NCBI GenBank assembly: GCA_017447805.1
Contig: JAFSMR010000039.1
Span: 33,865 to 97,864 of the forward strand
Direction of reading: 5' to 3'
DNA: 64,000 nt
Source of the DNA: Kiritimatiellia bacterium
GTDB taxonomy: Bacteria; Verrucomicrobiota; Kiritimatiellia; RFP12; UBA1067
Part shown: positions 29,298-39,398 of the stretch, piece by piece
How the letters are laid out: each line of letters starts with the position of its first letter
Numbering within the stretch: the stretch's first letter is position 1
Program-made: the position numbers and the translations under genes
Notes under the pieces: model-generated
The model's database searches: none
Seen by the model: only the letters and a program-made list of their open reading frames with translations
Told to the model about the DNA's origin: nothing

Positions 29298-31175
29298 ATG
29301 AAAGAGCGAGATGGGCACATCCATGTATTACCGCTTCACGTCGCGAACAAAATCGCGGCGGGGGAAGTAGTGGAACGTCCAGCTTCGGTCGTAAAAGAAC
29401 TCGTAGAAAACGCAATAGATGCCGGAGCGAAATCGATTAAGATTTCAATCTCCCAAGGCGGCAGAAAACTCATCAGCGTTCAAGATGATGGCTGCGGAAT
29501 GACGCGTGATGACGCGATACTTTCGCTAGAGCGTCAAGCGACATCGAAAATATTGGATGTCTGCGATATCGAAGAAATCGACACTCTCGGTTTTAGAGGC
29601 GAAGCGATCCCTTCCATCGCTTCCGTCTCGAGATTTTCGATTTCCACCCGCCGGCGCGATTCGGAAGAAGGAACGCGCCTCGAGGTAAATGCAGGAATAC
29701 TGGCATCGGTTGGCGCAACAGGATGTCCGCCTGGCACTATCGTCGAAGTAAGAGATTTATTCTGCAATGTGCCGGCGCGAAAAAAGTTCTTGCGCGCCTA
29801 CACTACGGAAGAAGCACATGTAAAAAATATCTTCACAATCAATGCGCTCGCGCATCCTGGAATCGCCTTTTCTCTTTATGTAGACGGCAGAGAATCTTTC
29901 CGTCTTAGAGAAGCGCGCTCACCGATGGAGCGCATCCGCGAATTGTTTGGAGATGATTTTAGCGAATCTCTGCTAAGCGTAGAAGAAAGTGGCGAAAAAG
30001 CTTCAGTGAGCGGCTTTATAGAACGGCCTAACAAAATTATTCCGACGCGGCGCGACCAATATATATTCGTAAATTCGCGACCCGCAACATCTAGCGCGAT
30101 ACACGCGGCGATAAAAGAAGCCTATCCTCGTCAGCATGGAGATGGTCGCCCGGCAGCAATACTATTCATTTCCGTTCCGCCGAAAGATCTCGATGTAAAT
30201 GTTCATCCGCAAAAACGGGAGGTCAGATTCCGCGAAGGGACGGCCGTAAAGAACGCGATAATAAACGCAATAAAGCGAGCTATCGGGATTGGCGATACAA
30301 AGAATGAATATAGACAAGCCGAAACTGCCGGCGATAGCGAAGGAGCGAATGAAGTCTCCAATAATGCCATCGCTATTGCCACACCTATTCATAAGGAAGT
30401 AACGCGAGCGGGGGCGATCGATTCGAAGATTGAAAGTATAGCATCGGAAAAGGCTGTTTCGAAAGTCGAATCGACTTCCAATAGCGTTCTCGCGAATACC
30501 AATATTATCGATATTCCCCAGCGCTCTTTCCCGAAAGCCGTGCCGACCGAACAAAGCCTTCCACTATCTTCGCCTGGCGGCAAAAAAGCGAAGCCTTGGG
30601 TTTGGTTCAAATTCCTCGCAATTACAGATTCAGGCTTCATATTGATCGAAACAGATGCTGGCATTGTAACGGTGAATCCACGTGCCGCAAGAGAACGCAT
30701 CGCATTTGAAAGCATGATGTCGCGCCTTGGAGAAGAAGCTTCTTCCCAAGAACTACTTTTCCCGGAAGTCATCCAATTGCCACCTGCCGATGCGCATAGA
30801 ATAGCTACATCTCTGGAACAAATAAACGCTATCGGGTTTAGGTTAGAGCCTTTCGGAAATTCCACATTCAAAATCGAAGCTGTCCCGCAAATTCTAGGCG
30901 AAATTCCTTGTAAAGAAACAATTGCGACAATCGCATCAGACCTGGCAAGCGCCTCGGCAAGTCCCAAGACAAGCGCGAGGTGGCGCGAAGATGTAATTGC
31001 AAAATCCATCGCGAAATCATACGCCGGCAGTTCGACTAGTTTAGAAAACGAATCTGCGAAAAGGCTCGTAGAAGAGCTTGTCGAATGCAAAATGCCATAC
31101 ATTTGCCCGCGCGGCAAAGCGACGATGATTTTCACGTCCAATAGAGAACTCGATAGAAAATTCGGAAGATATTAA
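29298..31175 (+). CDS. mutL: DNA mismatch repair protein MutL
   Basis: 625 aa with a GHKL ATPase N-terminus (IAAGEVVERPASVVKELVENAIDAG, DDGCGM). Confidence 0.95.
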   Translation: MKERDGHIHVLPLHVANKIAAGEVVERPASVVKELVENAIDAGAKSIKISISQGGRKLISVQDDGCGMTRDDAILSLERQATSKILDVCDIEEIDTLGFRGEAIPSIASVSRFSISTRRRDSEEGTRLEVNAGILASVGATGCPPGTIVEVRDLFCNVPARKKFLRAYTTEEAHVKNIFTINALAHPGIAFSLYVDGRESFRLREARSPMERIRELFGDDFSESLLSVEESGEKASVSGFIERPNKIIPTRRDQYIFVNSRPATSSAIHAAIKEAYPRQHGDGRPAAILFISVPPKDLDVNVHPQKREVRFREGTAVKNAIINAIKRAIGIGDTKNEYRQAETAGDSEGANEVSNNAIAIATPIHKEVTRAGAIDSKIESIASEKAVSKVESTSNSVLANTNIIDIPQRSFPKAVPTEQSLPLSSPGGKKAKPWVWFKFLAITDSGFILIETDAGIVTVNPRAARERIAFESMMSRLGEEASSQELLFPEVIQLPPADAHRIATSLEQINAIGFRLEPFGNSTFKIEAVPQILGEIPCKETIATIASDLASASASPKTSARWREDVIAKSIAKSYAGSSTSLENESAKRLVEELVECKMPYICPRGKATMIFTSNRELDRKFGRY

Positions 31176-31201
31176 AAACTAATATAGGAAGGTTACAAAA
31201 C

Positions 31202-32626
31202 ATGACAAACGATATTAGCGAAAGAAAGATACCCGTAGTACCCAAGGGAATGTATGGCGTTTTCGCAATGCTCGTCTCTTGCTTTGCGCTTTGGGGACTT
31301 CTGAACAACATGACCGACCATCTGGTGCCGGCGTTCAAGACGATTTTTAATCTTCCTGATTCTACCGCCGTATATGTTCAGGTATCTTTCTACGGCTCGT
31401 ATTCTGCAATAGCCGTTTTCGCCTCAATATTAATTCAGAAAGCCGGCTATCGAGCAGGGCTACTTTGGGGACTAGGGGTATACATAATCGGCGCGCTAAT
31501 GTATATTCCGGCGTGTATTACGCAAAGCTTTTGGCTGTATATCGCAGGCATTTTCGTCGTCGCTGGCGGCTGCGCGGTGTTGGAAACAACTTGCAATCCG
31601 TATGTTCTTGCAATCGGAGACGAAGCTACAGCGGTAAGAAGGCTCAACTTTGCCCAGATGTTCAACCCAGTCGGCTCGATTGCCGGCATCATTCTCGCGC
31701 AGCAACTGATTTTGGCGAATCTCAATCCTGCAACGATTGAAGAAAGAGCAATGATGAGCCCAGAAGTCTTGAAGAGTATTGTCAATAAAGAACTATTCTG
31801 GGTCTGCGTGCCTTATGTAGGGCTTTGTGCGATTGCCGCATTGATTTGGATATTCTTCTTCCGTTCGAAATCGACTGCCGCACAAGAAGAAAACGAAAGC
31901 GCTGCTTTCGGGACGATTTTTGGTATTCTAGTCAAATCCCCGAAATGGTATCTCGGCGTAGTAGCACAGGTATTTTATGTAGGCGTTCAGATTGCCGCAT
32001 GGACATACATCAATCTCTATGGCCAATATGAATTCGGAATTACAAAAGCGAAAGCGGCTAACTATTATGTAATATCGATTTCCGTATTTATCGTATGCCG
32101 CTGGATTGCGACATTCCTCATGAAATATGTAGACCCCGCAAAACTCATGGCGTGGTTTGCAGCTGCGGCAATCGGCTTTACTGCGGGCGTCATGTATATT
32201 CCGGGGAATGTGCTCTTCACGATTGGCGGCTTGCCCTTCTCGTGGAATATTATTTGCCTCATTTTGATGAGCGGCTGCATGAGCTTGATGTTCCCTACGA
32301 TTTACGGCATAGCGCTTGGAGGAATAGATAAACGGGCTCATAAGATAGGCGCGGCCGGCTTGATTATGGCAATTGTAGGAGGCGCCATTCTTACAAAATG
32401 GATGGCCAATGTCATAAGTTCGCAACTTGTTATTGATGGCGGCAATATCGTTAAAGGTATTGTCAAGGATGGATCGTGGTTCCTAAAACTCGTTCCCGCC
32501 TCCAGCGAGGTCAATTGGGAATTAAATACATCCGCGGCTGCGCTAAGAGGATCTTTCGCAATTCCGGCGATTTGCTTCGCGGTCGTTCTTGTATATTCGA
32601 TTCTCTTCAGGACAAAGAAAAAATAA
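31202..32626 (+). CDS. MFS sugar transporter (FucP / glucose-galactose family)
   Basis: 474 aa, 12-TM profile with a FucP-like N-terminal block (LNNMTDHLVPAFK...VQVSFYGSY). Confidence 0.75.
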   Translation: MTNDISERKIPVVPKGMYGVFAMLVSCFALWGLLNNMTDHLVPAFKTIFNLPDSTAVYVQVSFYGSYSAIAVFASILIQKAGYRAGLLWGLGVYIIGALMYIPACITQSFWLYIAGIFVVAGGCAVLETTCNPYVLAIGDEATAVRRLNFAQMFNPVGSIAGIILAQQLILANLNPATIEERAMMSPEVLKSIVNKELFWVCVPYVGLCAIAALIWIFFFRSKSTAAQEENESAAFGTIFGILVKSPKWYLGVVAQVFYVGVQIAAWTYINLYGQYEFGITKAKAANYYVISISVFIVCRWIATFLMKYVDPAKLMAWFAAAAIGFTAGVMYIPGNVLFTIGGLPFSWNIICLILMSGCMSLMFPTIYGIALGGIDKRAHKIGAAGLIMAIVGGAILTKWMANVISSQLVIDGGNIVKGIVKDGSWFLKLVPASSEVNWELNTSAAALRGSFAIPAICFAVVLVYSILFRTKKK

Positions 32627-32635
32627 TTCTTCGAC

Positions 32636-35600
32636 ATGGCCGATTTCGTACATCTACATCTTCACACTACCTATTCGCTACTGGACGGACAGTGCCAGAT
32701 AGAGCCGCTCGTATTACGCGCACGAAAAGCCGGCATGAAGGCCTTGGCGGTCACCGACCACGGCAACCTATTCGCGCTGAAGGCTTTCTATGATACATGC
32801 CGCCAAAAGAAAAAGAAATTCGAGGGGTTGCCGACGATCAAGCCAATTCTCGGATGTGAAGCTTATGTAACTTCTACCGGCAACTACCTTACGCGCGACA
32901 AAAACGAAAAACGCCATCACCTCTGCCTGCACGCCAAAAACAAGCAAGGCTACCATAATTTAGTGAAGCTTATCTCTGAAGCCCACATAAACGGCTTCTA
33001 TTCGCGCGCAAGAATCGACTTCAATCTTCTTGAAAAATATCACGAGGGTATTCACTGCAGCGCGGCGTGCATCGCAGGCGAAGTACCTAGCCTAATCGCC
33101 GCAGGCAGAATGGATGAAGCCGAAAGAATCGCAATAAAATACAAGGACCTCTTTGGCGATGATTACTCGCTAGAGGTCATGCTCCATAAATCCACAAAGA
33201 CTGGTGAGAACATTCCGCGCGAAGCGAGGGATGACTTCATCGATCTTTACGAAAGGCAACTACGCGTCGTAAAAGGTTCTCTCGAGCTCGGCAAAAAGCT
33301 TGGCATTCGCGTAATCGCAACAAACGATGTGCATTTTCTTGATAAAGACGATGATGATAGCCATGATGTGTTGCTAGCTCTTTCTACGGGAACGAAACTT
33401 TCAGATACAAAGCGCATGATTTATACAGGCGAGGAATATTTCAAAACGCCCGATGAAATGGCCACGCTTTTTGCAGAGTGCCCGGAAGTAATTTCAAATA
33501 CGCTCGAAGTCGCGGATAGGATCGAGGAATACAACCTGGATTCCGACCCAATAATGCCAAAATTCGAAATTCCCGCCTCCTTCGGATCTGAAGAGAAGAC
33601 GAGGGAAAAATACGACAAAGCGACCCTCGAGAGCATGTACCCGCCGGGGCGCATGGAAAAGCTAGGCGGCTACGATAAGACCGTAAGAATACAATTCGAA
33701 GCGGAGTATCTGGAACACCTCGTATGGGAGGGCGCGAAAAAACGCTGGGGGGATTTCGAAAAGAATAGCGACATTCTCGAGCGCCTGAAATTCGAATTGG
33801 AAACTGTAAGGACAATGGGATTTCCTGGTTACTTCCTGATTGTTCAAGATTATATTTCAGCAGCTCGCAAAATGGGAGTATGGGTCGGACCGGGCAGAGG
33901 CTCTGCTGCCGGCAGCGCAGTCGCCTATGCTCTTGGCATTACAAATGTAGATCCTCTGAAATTCGATTTGCTGTTCGAAAGGTTTCTCAACCCAGACCGA
34001 ATATCAATGCCCGATATAGACGTTGATTTCGACGACGCGGGAAGAGAAAGAGTAATCGAATATGTTACGAAAAAATATGGCGCAGATCATGTAGCCCATA
34101 TCGTGACCTTCGGCCAGATGGCGGCAAAATCCGCAATCAAAGATGTCGGGCGAGTAATGGATTATCCCCTTTCGGACACCAATAAACTCGCGGACCTCGT
34201 GCCGAACACGCCAAAGATTACGCTAAAGAAGGCGCGTGCCGAATCGCCAGAACTAGATGAAGCTTTCGACTCGGGCCCGGAAGTCGTGCAAACCCTACTT
34301 GAACGCGCAGCAAGGCTGGAAGGCTCAATCCGTCAACCTGGCGTTCACGCTTGCGGTATAATCATATCGCGCGACCCACTGATTGAAACGTTGCCTGTTA
34401 TGCCAACGCCGGAAAAAGGCAATGCGAAAACCTCCCAAGACTCGAGCGAGCAAGATAAACTTCTAACAACCCAATACGATGGTCACTATGTAGAACCGGT
34501 GGGTCTGTTGAAAATGGACTTTCTCGGCCTAAAAACGCTGACAGTCGAAAAAGAATGTGCTGCACTTTTGAAAGAGCGAGGAATCGATCTCGACCCGGAT
34601 AAAATTCCTGATGACGACAAGCTGACATATGAACTATTCGGACGCGGCGAAACTACCGGCCTGTTTCAGTTTGAATCTGACGGAATGAAGAAATGGCTGA
34701 TGGCGCTTCAACCTGAGCGCTTGACCGATCTCGTAGCCATGAACGCCCTGTATAGACCAGGGCCAATGGAATATATACCGACATTTGTCCGCAGAAAACA
34801 AGGCGTTGAACCCGTAACCTACGACCATCCGCTAATGGAAAAGTATCTCAAAGATACTTACGGAGTAACGGTTTATCAAGAACAGGTGATGCTTCTATCA
34901 AGGCTTCTCGCGGGTTTCACGCGAGGCGAATCGGATAAACTGCGTAAAGCCATGGGCAAAAAACTCATGGATATAATGAACGAACTCAAGGCAAAATTCG
35001 TAAAGGGTTGCCTTTCGAATCCCGAGTTCCGCGTAGATAAATGGCAAGATGAAAAAGAAGCCGAAAAGCTAATCGAGAAAATCTGGACCGACTGGGAGGC
35101 ATTCGCCTCATACGCCTTCAATAAATCCCACGCCGTCTGCTATGCGTGGGTCGCCTATCAAACAGGCTACATGAAAGCCCACTACCCCGCAGAATTCATG
35201 TGCGCACAGATTTCTTCGGAAATCGGCAACTTCGATAAACTGCCTGGCTTTGTGGCCGAGGCACAGGAAATAGGTCTAGAACTAAGGCTGCCTGACGTAA
35301 ACGAATCTGGCTCGAGATTCGTGCCGACGCCCGATGCTAAAGGGATCCGATATGGCCTGGCAGGCATTAAAGGCGTAGGCGAACTTGCCGCGCAAGCGAT
35401 AATCGACGAGCGTAAGGCAAATGGTCCATACAAAGGATTTCTTGATTTTTGCATGCGCCTTGCGGGGTCTAACGCAATCAATAAACGCGTACTCGAAAAC
35501 TTGACCAGAACAGGCGCTTTTTCGAGTTTAGACGCAAACCGCGCAAAACTCTTCAACAATATCGAGTTTGCGCTCAAGAAAGCGCAACAGCGCGCCAAAG

Positions 35601-36538
35601 AAAAAGCAAGTGTCCAAACGAGCTTTTTCGATATCATGGCCGGAGGCGAAGAAAAATTCGATGATTCGGAGCTCGCGGATTCCCCGCCTTTCACGGTCGT
35701 GGAAGATTTGAACAACGAGCGCGAAATGCTCGGCGTCTTCGTATCTGGCCATCCTCTTCAACATTGCCGGCGCCTAATCGCAGAAGTCTCCACGATGAAG
35801 GCAAGTGATTACCAAAACAAAGAGCAAATCGACGAGCAACTTCGCGCTATCCCGAAAAAGAATTACGATAGCTGGAAGCTTCGTAGAGACCCTAATCTTA
35901 AAGATGTGCTTCTTCTAACCCATATCGACGTAAGATTGGTTGGCGTTCTATCTTCTTGCTCCGTAAAAATGGGCAAGCCTCGTCCGAACGGGAAGCCGCC
36001 GGGCAAATGGGCGATTCTCTCGCTAGACGATGGAACTGGAACGATAGAAGGAATGTGCTTCCAGAAAGCATGGGAAAGCTATTCCCAGATCGAATCCGAG
36101 GTCGATAATCTTGTTATGCTTTGCGGTGAAATTTCGCATCGCATAAACTATGATAAATCCGATGTCGAGCGGCTGCATCCCAGCGTAGGAGAACTAAGTT
36201 TCACGATAAAAGAGGCATATCCGATTCAAGAAGCTCTTCCCTTAATATCTAATGCGCTAAGGCTCAAGATTTCGCGCAACGATAAAGATGCGATCGATAA
36301 GGTAGAACGCATAAAAGCTCTTGCTTCGCGATTTCCAGGCAACCTGCCGCTCCATATCGACATTGCTTTCGATGATGGCAGTCTTGCCTCTGTCGACCTC
36401 GGGCCAACCTGCAAAGTAGCCATTAATCTAGGATTCCTATCGGAGCTGGCGAAAATTCTGCCGCAAAGCGATACAACATTTACGCCGAATGACAAGATAT
36501 ATCTAGCTCCGCCCCCACCGCGTCCTTGGGAAGGCTGA
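32636..36538 (+). CDS. dnaE: DNA polymerase III alpha subunit
   Basis: 1300 aa with a PHP domain (FVHLHLHTTYSLLDG), the polymerase core (PDIDVDF, GLLKMDFLGL) and an OB-fold tail. Confidence 0.95.
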   Translation: MADFVHLHLHTTYSLLDGQCQIEPLVLRARKAGMKALAVTDHGNLFALKAFYDTCRQKKKKFEGLPTIKPILGCEAYVTSTGNYLTRDKNEKRHHLCLHAKNKQGYHNLVKLISEAHINGFYSRARIDFNLLEKYHEGIHCSAACIAGEVPSLIAAGRMDEAERIAIKYKDLFGDDYSLEVMLHKSTKTGENIPREARDDFIDLYERQLRVVKGSLELGKKLGIRVIATNDVHFLDKDDDDSHDVLLALSTGTKLSDTKRMIYTGEEYFKTPDEMATLFAECPEVISNTLEVADRIEEYNLDSDPIMPKFEIPASFGSEEKTREKYDKATLESMYPPGRMEKLGGYDKTVRIQFEAEYLEHLVWEGAKKRWGDFEKNSDILERLKFELETVRTMGFPGYFLIVQDYISAARKMGVWVGPGRGSAAGSAVAYALGITNVDPLKFDLLFERFLNPDRISMPDIDVDFDDAGRERVIEYVTKKYGADHVAHIVTFGQMAAKSAIKDVGRVMDYPLSDTNKLADLVPNTPKITLKKARAESPELDEAFDSGPEVVQTLLERAARLEGSIRQPGVHACGIIISRDPLIETLPVMPTPEKGNAKTSQDSSEQDKLLTTQYDGHYVEPVGLLKMDFLGLKTLTVEKECAALLKERGIDLDPDKIPDDDKLTYELFGRGETTGLFQFESDGMKKWLMALQPERLTDLVAMNALYRPGPMEYIPTFVRRKQGVEPVTYDHPLMEKYLKDTYGVTVYQEQVMLLSRLLAGFTRGESDKLRKAMGKKLMDIMNELKAKFVKGCLSNPEFRVDKWQDEKEAEKLIEKIWTDWEAFASYAFNKSHAVCYAWVAYQTGYMKAHYPAEFMCAQISSEIGNFDKLPGFVAEAQEIGLELRLPDVNESGSRFVPTPDAKGIRYGLAGIKGVGELAAQAIIDERKANGPYKGFLDFCMRLAGSNAINKRVLENLTRTGAFSSLDANRAKLFNNIEFALKKAQQRAKEKASVQTSFFDIMAGGEEKFDDSELADSPPFTVVEDLNNEREMLGVFVSGHPLQHCRRLIAEVSTMKASDYQNKEQIDEQLRAIPKKNYDSWKLRRDPNLKDVLLLTHIDVRLVGVLSSCSVKMGKPRPNGKPPGKWAILSLDDGTGTIEGMCFQKAWESYSQIESEVDNLVMLCGEISHRINYDKSDVERLHPSVGELSFTIKEAYPIQEALPLISNALRLKISRNDKDAIDKVERIKALASRFPGNLPLHIDIAFDDGSLASVDLGPTCKVAINLGFLSELAKILPQSDTTFTPNDKIYLAPPPPRPWEG

Positions 36539-36568
36539 AGAGAGCCAAATTGCCATAGCTTTCACCTA

Positions 36569-36602
36569 CCCCATTGCGGCGAAGAGCAGTATTTGGTATA
36601 AT
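36569..36602 (+). promoter_or_regulatory. Promoter of the orphan ABC ATPase (near-leaderless)
   Basis: CCCCA-TTGCGG, 17 nt spacer, TGGTATAAT (-10 at 36597-36602). The ATG at 36612 is 9 nt downstream. Confidence 0.5.
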
Positions 36603-36611
36603 ATCGGCGCT

Positions 36612-37409
36612 ATGTTACTTAAGATAGAAGATCTTTCGGTTTCGTTCAGGAATGACGACGGCGATGTCAACGCCGCGGCGATTGATGTTAATCTTGAACT
36701 GGAACGTGGTGAAGTATTGGGTTTGGTTGGCGAGTCAGGAAGCGGCAAGAGCACTGTTTCCATGAGCGTCGCTAGGCTTCTGCCGAGCCCCCCCGCGTTC
36801 TATCCAAAAGGGCGAATTCTCTTCGATGGCGAAGATATGCTCTCGATGAAACTCGAGGACTTGCGCAAAAAGCGCGGTAAAAAAATCGGCGTTGTCTTCC
36901 AAGACCCGATGGGGTCGCTCTCTCCCCTCCATAGAATAAGCGACCAATTGGTCGAGACTATCCTCCTCCACGAGGATATGTCGAAGAAAGCCGCCAACGA
37001 CATGGCGCTAGAGTGGCTTGGAAAAGTCGGAATCCGCAATGTCCCTGTTATCGCCAAAGCCTATCCTCATGAGCTATCCGGCGGCATGCAGCAGCGCGTA
37101 ATGATTGCAATGGGCCTCATGCTCGGCCCAGACCTGGTAATTGCAGACGAGCCGACTACTGCGCTCGATGTTACTGTTCAGGCGCAAGTTCTGAAACTGA
37201 TGAAAGATTTGCACCAAGCCAATTCCGGAGTGTTGCTTATTACCCATGATTTGGGCGTCGTTTCCCAAATGGCGACGAAACTAGCCGTCATGAAAAACGG
37301 AAGGGTAATCGAAAAATCCGATAATCCGGCAGAATTCTTCGCTTCACCCAAGCATCCTTATTCCCAATCGCTGATTCGCGAAGCGAGGAAAATGGAGCTG
37401 GAATATTAA
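36612..37409 (+). CDS. ABC transporter ATP-binding protein (DppD/OppD-like)
   Basis: 265 aa with Walker [10 protein letters not shown], signature LSGGMQQR and Walker B VIADEPT. Confidence 0.85.
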   Translation: MLLKIEDLSVSFRNDDGDVNAAAIDVNLELERGEVLGLVGESGSGKSTVSMSVARLLPSPPAFYPKGRILFDGEDMLSMKLEDLRKKRGKKIGVVFQDPMGSLSPLHRISDQLVETILLHEDMSKKAANDMALEWLGKVGIRNVPVIAKAYPHELSGGMQQRVMIAMGLMLGPDLVIADEPTTALDVTVQAQVLKLMKDLHQANSGVLLITHDLGVVSQMATKLAVMKNGRVIEKSDNPAEFFASPKHPYSQSLIREARKMELEY

Positions 37410-37421
37410 CAAGAGGCCGCA

Positions 37422-38084
37422 ATGAAGAGAATTGGCATCATAGGCGCCGGAAGGTTTGGGCTTGCACTCGCCGAATCTTTGGCAAATGCGGGACTAGAAG
37501 TAATTTTGATTGACCGGAATCGCCCCGCGATGCAGACGGCAAGCGAGTATGTAGACGCTATCCAAGGCGACGCAACCCAGCCGCATATTCTGGAGGAAGC
37601 CGGGTTTGGTGAATGCGATTTGGTCGTTGTCGCAATCGGCAGCAATATTGAAGCTTCTACCATGGCTACCGCAAACTGCAAAGAACTCGGAATCCCGAAT
37701 GTCGTAGCCAAGGCTGCAAGCGAACTCCACGGCAAGATTCTGCGCCGCCTAGGCGCCGATACTGTAGTTTACCCCGATCGCGATAGCGCGCATCGTCTTG
37801 CCCGCGCAATTGCAAAAGGCGATGTCATTGATTTTCTCGAAGTTTCCGAAGGTTATTCGATCGCGGAAATAGACGTGCCGAATGGCATGAGGGGCAAGAC
37901 TCTAGCAGAATCGAATTTCCGCAACGCTACCGGTCTTACCGTGCTTTGCATAAGACGTGCGGATATTGCCGACCCGATGAAGCCGAGAAAAGTCGTAATT
38001 CCCCAGGCGCAAGATCTGCTGATGAACGAAGATAAGCTAATCGTATTCGGCGAAACGAAAAAACTCGATTCGTTAAATAGCTAG
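37422..38084 (+). CDS. TrkA/KtrA-type potassium uptake regulatory subunit
   Basis: 220 aa with an RCK N-domain (IGIIGAGRFG) and a TrkA-C domain. Confidence 0.8.
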   Translation: MKRIGIIGAGRFGLALAESLANAGLEVILIDRNRPAMQTASEYVDAIQGDATQPHILEEAGFGECDLVVVAIGSNIEASTMATANCKELGIPNVVAKAASELHGKILRRLGADTVVYPDRDSAHRLARAIAKGDVIDFLEVSEGYSIAEIDVPNGMRGKTLAESNFRNATGLTVLCIRRADIADPMKPRKVVIPQAQDLLMNEDKLIVFGETKKLDSLNS

Positions 38085-38094
38085 AGTTGAAGCA

Positions 38095-39396
38095 ATGAGT
38101 TCCTTGACCATACAAGGTTCGAGAATAATAAGCGGGATGCACAGGGTATCCGGTAATAAAAATGCAGCCCTGCCGATGATTGCAGCTTCACTTCTTACGG
38201 AAGAAGAAGTGATTTTGGGAAATGTTCCGCAAATTGCCGATGTCGCCGTGATGCTCGAAGCACTCGAATTGTTTGGCGCAAAAATCAAGCGCGACGAAAA
38301 GGAAAATATTCTTCATATATCCACGCCGAAATTGAAAAGCGCTAGGCTCAATGCCGCGACAGCAGCGAAATTAAGGACGAGTTTTCTTTTCGCCGGGCCC
38401 CTCCTTGCCCGCGCAGGAAGAGTTTCGCTACCACCTCCCGGAGGCGATGCGATAGGCCACCGGCGCCTCGACACCCACTTTTCAGGCTTTAAAGCGCTCG
38501 GTGCGAAGGCAAAAGCCGGCAGAAAGTCGCTTAGTTTCCAAGGGGAATTGAAAGGCGCGAGAATACTGCTGGACGAAGCTAGCGTAACTGCCACCGAGAA
38601 TATTCTAATGGCCTGCGTTACGGCTAAAGGCAAGACATCCATCTACAATGCAGCCTGCGAACCTCACATTGTAGACTTGGCGAACATGCTAAATTCGATG
38701 GGCGCAAAGATTTCCGGCGCCGGCACGAATCTGATTCAAGTCGAAGGGGTGGAAAAGCTATCTGGTTGCAAAGCTAGAGTAAGTTGCGACTATATCGAGG
38801 CCGGCTCTTACATCGCGGCAGCAGCTCTTACTGGCGGGGAATTAACGCTTACAGAAGTAGACCCTGCGCCATTTGAAATCCTAGAAGGCGTTTTCAAACG
38901 TTTTGGAATAACCTGGTCTATCGATGCGCGCGAAAAAACTCTCAAATACATCCCGAAGAAAAAACGTCTTAAGATGCACTATGATTTGGGAGACGCGATT
39001 CCAAGCGTCTCGGATGGACCATGGCCGGCATTCCCTTCAGATTTGATGTCGATTCTCATCATAGTCGCTACGCAAACTCGCGGGACTTGCCTTTTCTTCG
39101 AAAAGATGTTCGAATCTCGCCTGTATTTCGTGGATAATCTTCGTCAGATGGGCGCCAAGATCGTTCAGTGCGATCCTCATAGAGTTGTAGTTACCGGCCC
39201 TTCGCAGCTATATGGCGGAGATTTTTCTTCGCCTGATATCCGTGCAGGCATTGCGCTAGTGATCGCCGCGCTTGCCGCCAAAGGCGAATCGAAAATCCGC
39301 AACGCCGAAATCATCGACCGCGGATATGTATCAATCGAAAAAGAACTTTCATCTTTAGGCGCCGCGATTTCACGCACGCCTAAAGATGATATCTAG
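38095..39396 (+). CDS. murA: UDP-N-acetylglucosamine 1-carboxyvinyltransferase (Asp at the Cys115-equivalent position)
   Basis: 433 aa with MurA blocks (SGNKNAALP, LPPPGGDAIGHRRLD). Codon GAT at 38446-38448. Confidence 0.9.
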   Translation: MSSLTIQGSRIISGMHRVSGNKNAALPMIAASLLTEEEVILGNVPQIADVAVMLEALELFGAKIKRDEKENILHISTPKLKSARLNAATAAKLRTSFLFAGPLLARAGRVSLPPPGGDAIGHRRLDTHFSGFKALGAKAKAGRKSLSFQGELKGARILLDEASVTATENILMACVTAKGKTSIYNAACEPHIVDLANMLNSMGAKISGAGTNLIQVEGVEKLSGCKARVSCDYIEAGSYIAAAALTGGELTLTEVDPAPFEILEGVFKRFGITWSIDAREKTLKYIPKKKRLKMHYDLGDAIPSVSDGPWPAFPSDLMSILIIVATQTRGTCLFFEKMFESRLYFVDNLRQMGAKIVQCDPHRVVVTGPSQLYGGDFSSPDIRAGIALVIAALAAKGESKIRNAEIIDRGYVSIEKELSSLGAAISRTPKDDI

Positions 39397-39398
39397 CA

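Noticed and set aside
30389-31141. 250-aa minus-strand ORF
   Set aside because: It is antisense to mutL.
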